The position numbers were made by a program, and so were the translations under genes. From positions 868,001-932,000 of the forward strand of contig CP120463.1 in the NCBI GenBank assembly GCA_034226945.1: DNA of 64,000 nt, written 5' to 3'. Source of the DNA: Picochlorum sp. SENEW3. Taxonomy: Eukaryota. The stretch's first letter is position 1; the number at the start of each line of letters is the position of its first letter. Shown here in pieces: positions 55,961 to 64,000 of this stretch. The notes beneath the pieces are model-generated. The model saw only the letters and a program-made list of their open reading frames with translations. It was not told the origin of the DNA and did no database searches.

Positions 55961-58900
55961 TCAGTTCTGCGTATCTTCCGCTTCTCTCATGGCTGCCATG
56001 ATGGCCTCAGCAGCGATGCCACCTCCAAATACAGGTGCAGTCTCATTCTCTGTATTCTGCATCCTCTGGCAAACATCCTCTGCAGAGGATTCGCCAGTTG
56101 GTGAAGCTTTGCCAGGAGGAACGATGGGGGATGATTCTTTGGCATGATCTTTATCCTCTGTGATTTCAACGTCTTTGTGTTCCTCTTGATGCACGTCTTG
56201 CTCCTGAACGGGCTGGTGTGTGTCCAGCTCAGTTCCTCTGCTCTCTTCTTGAGGGGACAAGCCCAGGAAATCCTTGGATTCTTGGATACTCATCTGAAAG
56301 CTAGCATCTCCGAGTTCCTTTTGTTTCCGAGCCTGTACAACTTGCTGAATTAAATTGTCTACTAGAGGCATGGTGCTGCACAGAGCCTCCTGTAGCTGCT
56401 TTGTGAAATCATCACCCATGCTCTGAGAGGCATACCCCATGACATTTCTCGCGTACAATGATATCATGTCACACGTTGAGGTCATTCCAGACATTTCACT
56501 GATCCCTGAAGTCCCCAAATCGGTTGCAGGAGCAGGAATCTGCGTGGTGCACACCTGTATGTCCTTTTGAATAAGATCCTTCAATACTGGCCATACATTC
56601 ATACACAGAATCATGCCTAGATATTCGCCGGAATTTTTGGGCGATGTGTTTCCTTGAAGTCTGAAAAATTCTTGATATACATCAAGAAGTGTCTCTGCTT
56701 CTGACAGATCCACCAGGCGCCTTATGTATAGGCATGCGTACTGCCCCAAAACCCTGGTGCCTTTCTTTTTTGTGATGAAAAACTTCCCAAACATCTCGTC
56801 AGACGTATCACCTTGTCGAATTTTCCACAGCAAATACTTGCTTACAGGATGCACGACGGTCGATAGCCATTCTTCCCCCTCTGAGAAGAGATACTTGAGA
56901 AACACATTGTACATGAATTTTAGGGAGCTCAATTGGTGCTCAACAACAGGGGCGTTGCATTCCGAGAACATTGGCAGGGGCTCGCGGTTGTAAATGAACA
57001 CAGTTGGATTCTTTAATTCCAGGAGCTCCAAGGCAGGGAACATTGAGTCCAACTTGGAGATGTTCAAGACGAGTTTACAGCCCTGGCACACTGCAGAAAT
57101 GTCTCGAAATTCCTCTGTGTTGAAGATTCCTTGGCCACCGTTTCCCAAATACATGATGATTTTATCCAATACGTCAGCTGCTCCTAAAATTCTGATGATT
57201 GTAATGTATTCCAAGAGAGCTTTTCTCAGTTTTCCACGAAAGATGCGCGGAAACTGGGCATCTTCTTCCAGGCCAATGCCAACCATTCTTTGGCTGGGCT
57301 TTGCACAGACACCCTCAAAATTGATATCTGCGTACAGAGCACCATTTAAAACCCGTGTCACAGCATCATGATGACTGCAGTATGGTGTATCAACCAAAAC
57401 ATCTTCCCTGCGAAGGGCTCGTTTCTTTTTATCCTTGGACTTTTGCACATTTTGACCTTTTGTGACAATGCGCCACATGTTAAAAACAAATTCGCTTTTG
57501 CCTCTGCTAAACAGGCTGTTTACAAAATCAAAGCGTTTCTCAGGGCTATAATGTTCTGATTTCCCAAGCCTACAAAATGGAGTGCACAAAGCTCAAGTCT
57601 ACCGGAGTCAGTCAAATGAATACCAGAATAGGACCAAGAACGTACCGCAGTGATGCCTTGTAGTAATGCGAATCTATTTCCAGACACCATTCCATGGCTT
57701 CGATCGCGTCTGTGTATAATTCTGTGACTCTTTCTTGCATATTATCGGCTGAAATTCCGGGCTTCTCGCGAAAAGAGTACAAGGCACATTGATGCAGAAT
57801 TTCCTCTCTTGTTTCATCATCCAACCCTGCTGTGAGAGAATTGCTGCGAAAGTCCCAAAGAGATTCCAGTAAATCGAGTCTACATGCATGTATCTCATAA
57901 ATTGGATCAATTATAGCCCCAAATTCTTCGTTCGCTAGCTGGCATGCGTGTGCAAGGGGAGGCATATACACTGAAGGTTTGTGACCCAGACGCTTTAGGC
58001 ACATGCCAATGAACAAATGGGACGACCAATTATTGGGACAAACTCGAGACACTCCTATAAAAGCATCCAAAGCATTCTTTAAAATATTTAGAATGCCTGG
58101 ATCTTCCTCTTTAGGTTTTTTGAAGCATTGATCAAACTCTGGTGGAGCATCTGCGATATGATTCAGCAAGGAGAAGCCATAGAACTCAAATATGTTGCTC
58201 ATCAGCCCTTGGCGATATTGCGTCATACCCTGGGAATTCCATTCGAGCTCCGAGTATTTAATAGCGAAATACGAACACCAATAACCAATATTACGATGCC
58301 TAGAGACACGCAGAGACTCTGTGTGGGTCAACTGGCGACCCTCCATCATGCATTCATCTAGGATCCACTCCGCCAGACCTTGATGAAATTCTGCAAGCTC
58401 CTGCCAATTCTCAAAGCGCGTTCTGTTGAAGGTCAAGTCCCAGATACATGCATCCATCTTACTCTCAAAATCTCTGTCAGACTTATCAAGCAATCTTCCT
58501 TCTTGCCGTTGCAGTGCAGATAAATCAGGGGCATAAACGCGTGAATAGTAGTGGAAGACTGTACTGTATACAGCAAGAGCATCACTTTGTATTTCGCATT
58601 TCGGATCGATGTCCATTCGCTCCTGATCAGTGCAATCTGATCTGGGGGCAACCTCAGCTGTGACATTGGAATCTCCAATTTTTGGCGGCATCAGCAATCC
58701 AAATTTGTCCAAAGCAGTAATCATCTGATGCCTCATGGCCATGGGCAAACTTTCGGCAGCTACAAGATAGCATTTCTCCAAAAATTCCCCTCCTCTCTTT
58801 TTCAACATTTGCTTGCTCAGAGATGAAAAGTGCTCGTCACAGAAGGGCCACAGAACAATCAGTTCCTCTATGCACCTCGGGTTCCGGTGGTCATAACTAC

Positions 58901-61506
58901 CGAATGATGTCACATAACGAATGGCTTCAGGCTTTTCTGCTGCCGGCAATATGACTCCAAAGGCAAATCTTAATAGATGCTGAAGTAGCTCACTCAAAAG
59001 ACCAAAGCGATGGTCTTCCACATCATGCTTGCTTTGGCAATTGTTAATCCTGACAAGAAATGGGATGGCGCAATATGGCACAAGAGACTTTCTGAATAGG
59101 AGGGCATCTACTTGCCCGAGGGCTCTAAAAGAATCATCCAATACCCCAACAACATCCAAACCCTGATCCGAGTCCCATTCTAGTGGCAATAGGGCCATGA
59201 AAAATGCACAACAATGCGATAAAAGCACCTTGAGATTTTTTTTCTTCCCTACATGATCCGTTTCAGCGCTCAGCAATTGGTACGATGCATGCATGACCAG
59301 AAGAAGTCGTCTTAAAACATCCCTAAACATCTCCATTTCAAAGTCCTCGAAAACGCTTGAGATGTCTGTGTGATACACAATATTCTCTATCTTGATGGAA
59401 TTCATGATGACATTCATGAATGATGTGCTCAAAAGAGGCTGCACATATTCTTCTGGTTGCTCTCTCGCTGTCTTCATGTCATTCGATGTGGCTGAGGGCA
59501 AGTTGGCATTCAACAACCGTATCTGGCACTTGATGCACACGCGTACATTTTGTACCCGTTGAGCCGCATCATGGAGTTCTCTGAGAATGTTAGACCAGCC
59601 TCTTCGATCTATGGACAGCATGAAGGCCTCTCTCTCTGGGCCGGATAATATAGTGCTGGCAAGAGAGTCCACACTCGTCTGAGAATCCCGAGTGGCTGGA
59701 AGATCCCTTACCTTGTGAATCTCGCTGTGCACATCGAGAGTATCATACTTGAACTTCACCCTAGAGTAACTGACTATGTTATCTTCAGTCACATGGCCGA
59801 GGCGTAAGCCTTCTTCAGAGCATCCAATGGCATCCAAGCATTCCAAGAAGTACTGCTTTGCTGTTTCCATCCGCTCTAAAATCTCAAAATACTTGGCCTT
59901 TGCGAATAAGTACCTAGCTCTCCACATACCTTGATCATTTCCACCAGACATATTCTCCATTAATTGAGGCTCCATGGTGGCCGCGCAGGTCCTCAAAAAG
60001 TTTTCAGCCAATGTCTGGAGCGATTCAAACTTCCCCTGCGCCATGCTCGAATCCCCAAGATCTGTGGATGCTTTGATGCTAGCGAGGCCATCAATGAGCC
60101 ATTCGGTCAACCTTAGAACATACTCTAGTGGAAGTTTACGCTTCATAGACCGACATATATCGATCAGGCTGTCCTTGCCCTGGTCCTCTAAATTATTCAG
60201 CTCCTCAGACTGCAAAAAATACAAAAGAAGCAGCTCACACAGTGAGTCTAGCGTCCAATCACAGCCAGTACAGTGCAATAAAAGAGCAGGGTTTGATTCC
60301 ATCACTGGGCAATCTTTTATGCGTTCTGCCAATGCTGGCGTAGAGCAGCTTCCCACAGGGGAGCCAGACGGCTCCTGGATTTTGTCCATCCACCCGTCAA
60401 TAAAACTGAATGGATTTGATGTCGAATCTAGCTGCGGACTTGCACGCTCAGGAGTCAAATTACCCCTTAACCTCCTGTAATAAGAAAATAAAGTTTCATC
60501 CGCTGTCCTAGAAAAGACTGTGCGCATGTGCAACTTCGTACCTTGTTTTCCGAGGTGAATTTTGCGCTACTTTCAGTTTTTTGTCCTGGTGCGTCTCTTC
60601 TACTCCTCCTGACCCACTCTGATCCATTCCTTTCTCATCTAATTCTATCACTTCCACGCCATTTTCCTCCAAATCGGCGTCTGTCGTCCCATCCAGCTCA
60701 AGGACAATATCGTCACAGTTAGTCACAAGAATATTGATGAGGGGTGTAGGTCTCTCTTCGGAAGACATCTGTGCTCCCACCTCATTCAATAACTCCATCC
60801 AATTCGATACCGTGATACAACATTTGTTCGTTTCTTTGTCATCATCCATTGCCTCATCATACTGGATGGCTTGTGGGATGTCCCCAAGCAGATTCCTCCA
60901 TCCTTGACTGCTCCGAGTGCCACGTGGAAGAAATTGGGAAATCCTATACAGAGTTTGATAATCCTGCAAGTGTCTCAAAACCTCGTACAGTTTCATTTTC
61001 ATCGTTATATGCTCATTGTCTAGGCTTAAACCGGTCAAGAAGGCGTCCTTTGAGGCATTCCATTCTCCAAGTCTGGCAGCAAGAGTCCCATACCGGTCTA
61101 TAAGTCCTGAATCCTCTGGATTCTTCTCGATTGCCTCACGAAAAAGTTTGATCGCTTCTTCAATACGGTCGCTTTGTTTCCCGACCGTTATTGCCAAATT
61201 TTTCGCCGACAGAACTTCCAAACGCTGCAACTGTTCAGTTGCTCCTCTCACAACCAGCTCGCTCGACAGGACCGCGCGAAAACATTCCTACGAGTCAAAG
61301 CCACCATTGATTATTTCACGCTTGAGATAGACTTTATTTCACAACAACCGTACCTCAGCTTCCTGCACATGGCCGTCCAGAGCAGCTTGAATTCCCTGTT
61401 CATACGATTCGATCACAGCCGCTTCCTCGGCTTCCAATGTTGGCGAAAGACCTTCCTCATCCTTCTCAATCGGATTCACCGACGTGAATCCAGACAGTTT
61501 CACCAT
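55961..61506 (-). CDS. CABIN1/HIR3-like TPR scaffold (HIRA complex), multi-exon
   Basis: Consecutive minus-strand ORFs joined by short GT-AG introns; TLEAEEA..IESYEQG, LSAKNLA, DLTFNRTRFENW, IIDPIYEIHACRL, FVFNMW. Confidence 0.7.
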
Positions 61507-61598
61507 ATTTTACTCCACTAGAAAAAGGTGCGAATTTCAAACCTCTCTACTTGTCGAAAGTAACGTTCCGTTGTACAATTCTTACACGCCATTGCAGA

Positions 61599-63599
61599 TT
61601 AAGATTCATTATTTTTGTTGTGTCTAAGACGCCATGGCGAAATACTCTGGAGTGAATACAAAACCATGTAGGCCTGGCAATTCCGCACGACGTCCTCCGG
61701 CACCTCGATCACAAAGGCATCATCACACAGGTACCATTTGTTGTCATCACACCGCACATATGTCACGTAGTGGCCTCCTTGGAAGGTTCCCCGATGGCAA
61801 ATGACCGCAAAAGCATCGTACACGAAATTGGCATTGCTAACAAAGCCCTGGCTCTTCCTCACTCGGTGCCGGTCCAGTGATATTCTGGATGTCAGGTAGG
61901 GCGACATGTCCAAATCGTTCAGTGGAAAGGCCACGAAAGTTTCTAATTTGCGACCCCGAGCCTGCGTGCCTCCAATATGCTCAAATCTCTTGAAGTGCAA
62001 AGTCAGAATCGGGGGCAATCTGAGGATAGAAATTTGCTTTGCTGCTCCAGATTTTGCATTGCAGTCTGTACACGTCCAGTTGTGAGTCCCCGAGTCCAAG
62101 ATCTCAGGCGTGGTGAAACGCCTCAAGCATCCCAACAACGAGTCTCCAGGCCAATGAAGATATCCTACTAGGGATGGATGATTCCAATGAACCTTCTCCT
62201 GGCATGGAGCCCCATTTTGGTCATCCTCATCTCGAAGATGTTTCCTGCCCGGGGAGGACAATGTATCATGAATATCGTCTATACCGGTCTCTGAAACTGT
62301 CCTTACCGACGGGATATCCGATACATTCTGCAGAGCGCTCTGTGATGCCGAAACAGAAACTTGAGATGACCCAGACTTTGCCTGCTTGCTCCCCTTGCTT
62401 CTCTTTGCACGTCGGATGGGCTTTGCCTTGGACTTTGCGACAATGGGCTGAGGAAGGAGGCCGGCGGGAGGCAAGACATCTAGCGACAAATGCGAAAACT
62501 CGTCGTTTTGCACCGATGTTCTCCCGCACGCCTGACAGAATATGTGCGACTCCATCTGCCCAATGAAGAGGGTTGTAGCTATGCTGCTGGGGCCTGTCAA
62601 CATTTGCAGGATGAAGAGGAAAAATTCGTGGGCATCCTGCTGCTTATAACCACTCAAAATCCCACCTGCCATCATCCACCAGGTATGTAAAAAGTTCACC
62701 GGCGAATATGGAGTCCGCTCTCCACTGAAGACCTTGGAGATGACGGCATCCAACTCGCACTCAACACAGCGTCCTCCTTCCCCTGACACTCTACAATTCC
62801 CTTTAAAATGCCTTCCTTGCAAATAATAGTCTCTAATCTTGGGAGTTCGGATAAATGCTTGGAGTATGGAATTCATGAAACACGTGTTGCCCATATTATT
62901 CATTCCTCGAAGGCCCAGAGGCCATGTGTCCTTGTTGGACACATTCACAAACTCTTCACTCTTTACGTCAAGTGACTCGGACAGAATCACTTCATCATCT
63001 CCAGAATCTGACTTCCAATCTTCCGTCTGATGCGCACCACCGCTAACGCTGCCCTCTCCCTGGGCAGCCTTTGGCCCTCCACTGCTCGAGGTGACCAGAG
63101 GTGCCAAAGCTTGACCTGTGTCTTTGTTCCTCAATGCGTACATGACGACATCAAAATCATCTAGGTATACATAATCATCGCATTTAGTGCAATAGAGCTC
63201 CCTAAGCTTCCTATCAAGAAAAATATCGTGAGCTTTTGACCTTTTATTGCCGTGTTTCCTCGTGAGCTCCTTTGGTGTTTCAGCTACTAGCTGACAGTCC
63301 ACACACGCCATGGTGCTTCCAGGTATCACGGTCGCCGACAGCTCGCGTTTTGAAGCACTATTTCGGACAGAGTACGCGTCAGAACATGGCTCATTGCACT
63401 GGCACAGAAGCGTTGCAAGCAACTGTGTCAGTCTCTCGCCCTTTTCCTCCTTCCACGCCTGTACGTGAGGACAATGGGTGGGACCCACTAGTGGTGAGTT
63501 GACATTATTATTGTGTGAATCTTGTGTTTGAATTTCGCCTCCTATTCTCTTCGGGAAAGTTGTTACGCCATTGGCCTTCGAACGGCCCCTCACAGCCAT
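61599..63599 (-). CDS. UBP22: Ubiquitin-specific protease with zf-UBP (UBP22/USP22/Ubp8 type)
   Basis: CPH, ELYCTKCDDYVY, GLRGMNNMGNTCFMNSILQ, GYKQQDAHEFF, LHFKRF, GHYVTYVR, DDA. Confidence 0.85.
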   Translation of the reverse strand: MAVRGRSKANGVTTFPKRIGGEIQTQDSHNNNVNSPLVGPTHCPHVQAWKEEKGERLTQLLATLLCQCNEPCSDAYSVRNSASKRELSATVIPGSTMACVDCQLVAETPKELTRKHGNKRSKAHDIFLDRKLRELYCTKCDDYVYLDDFDVVMYALRNKDTGQALAPLVTSSSGGPKAAQGEGSVSGGAHQTEDWKSDSGDDEVILSESLDVKSEEFVNVSNKDTWPLGLRGMNNMGNTCFMNSILQAFIRTPKIRDYYLQGRHFKGNCRVSGEGGRCVECELDAVISKVFSGERTPYSPVNFLHTWWMMAGGILSGYKQQDAHEFFLFILQMLTGPSSIATTLFIGQMESHIFCQACGRTSVQNDEFSHLSLDVLPPAGLLPQPIVAKSKAKPIRRAKRSKGSKQAKSGSSQVSVSASQSALQNVSDIPSVRTVSETGIDDIHDTLSSPGRKHLRDEDDQNGAPCQEKVHWNHPSLVGYLHWPGDSLLGCLRRFTTPEILDSGTHNWTCTDCNAKSGAAKQISILRLPPILTLHFKRFEHIGGTQARGRKLETFVAFPLNDLDMSPYLTSRISLDRHRVRKSQGFVSNANFVYDAFAVICHRGTFQGGHYVTYVRCDDNKWYLCDDAFVIEVPEDVVRNCQAYMVLYSLQSISPWRLRHNKNNES

Positions 63600-63704
63600 T
63601 GCCGTCCTAAGCACCTATCGAGACGAATGCAGCATGTGAAGTAACCTTTACACACGGAAATAAACTTTAGGTCTTAATCGATATGGCAATGAGGGATCCC
63701 AGCC

Positions 63705-64000
63705 TCATGATCCTAGGGCCTTCATCAGGGCCTCCTGCTGTTTGGGCTTCAAGGCCCCGACGCAAGATTCGAAATGATCCGGGAAGGCGCCCCGCAATTG
63801 GTCGATCAAAGTAGCCATCTCAGGTACATCGTTAGTCTGTACCAGTTTCTCACCCGATCCAACAACTCTGATTAAGACTTCCATGATTTTGGGGAGATTT
63901 GAGTTGCCTTGACCGAGAATTCTGGAATCGTTGGCAGAAACGAGCCTCACCAGCTGCGGGTGCACAATCCGTGCTTCCTCCTCGTCTTCCACTAATGGCA
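63705..64000 (-). CDS. C-terminal end of an importin-5/karyopherin-beta-3-like protein (partial)
   Basis: EDEEEARIVHPQLVRLV...RILG..NSNLPKI..VL resembles the importin-5 C-terminal HEAT region. Confidence 0.7.
   Translation of the reverse strand, partial: PLVEDEEEARIVHPQLVRLVSANDSRILGQGNSNLPKIMEVLIRVVGSGEKLVQTNDVPEMATLIDQLRGAFPDHFESCVGALKPKQQEALMKALGS

Noticed and set aside
43965..63614. Apparent chromatin gene cluster (HUB1, CABIN1, UBP22)
   Set aside because: The genes are interspersed with unrelated genes in a gene-dense genome; there is no evidence of functional clustering.

Overview
Gene-dense eukaryotic nuclear DNA from a compact-genome chlorophyte green alga (inference: Picochlorum-like trebouxiophyte). 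Support: short GT-AG introns, very short intergenic spacers, TGTAA polyadenylation signals, nuclear PsbP/Tic22/PreP and a System III cytochrome c heme lyase. About 34 protein-coding genes were identified by recognising motifs; no database search was run. The main non-coding findings are two circularly permuted tRNA genes, each with its 3' half upstream of its 5' half and a junction at position 37/38. One is tRNA-Met(CAU) at 13089-13188 (+). The other is tRNA-Arg(UCG) at 44928-45129 (-), antisense inside an intron of the HUB1/BRE1 gene, with a 128-nt spacer made of consecutive hairpins. Four near-identical, differently 5'-truncated non-LTR retrotransposon copies (7645-13018) are stacked head-to-tail at essentially one site about 70 bp upstream of the permuted tRNA-Met, suggesting a tRNA/Pol III-targeted LINE. 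A decayed Fanzor/TnpB-like C-terminal remnant may lie between ERO1 and MUTYH.
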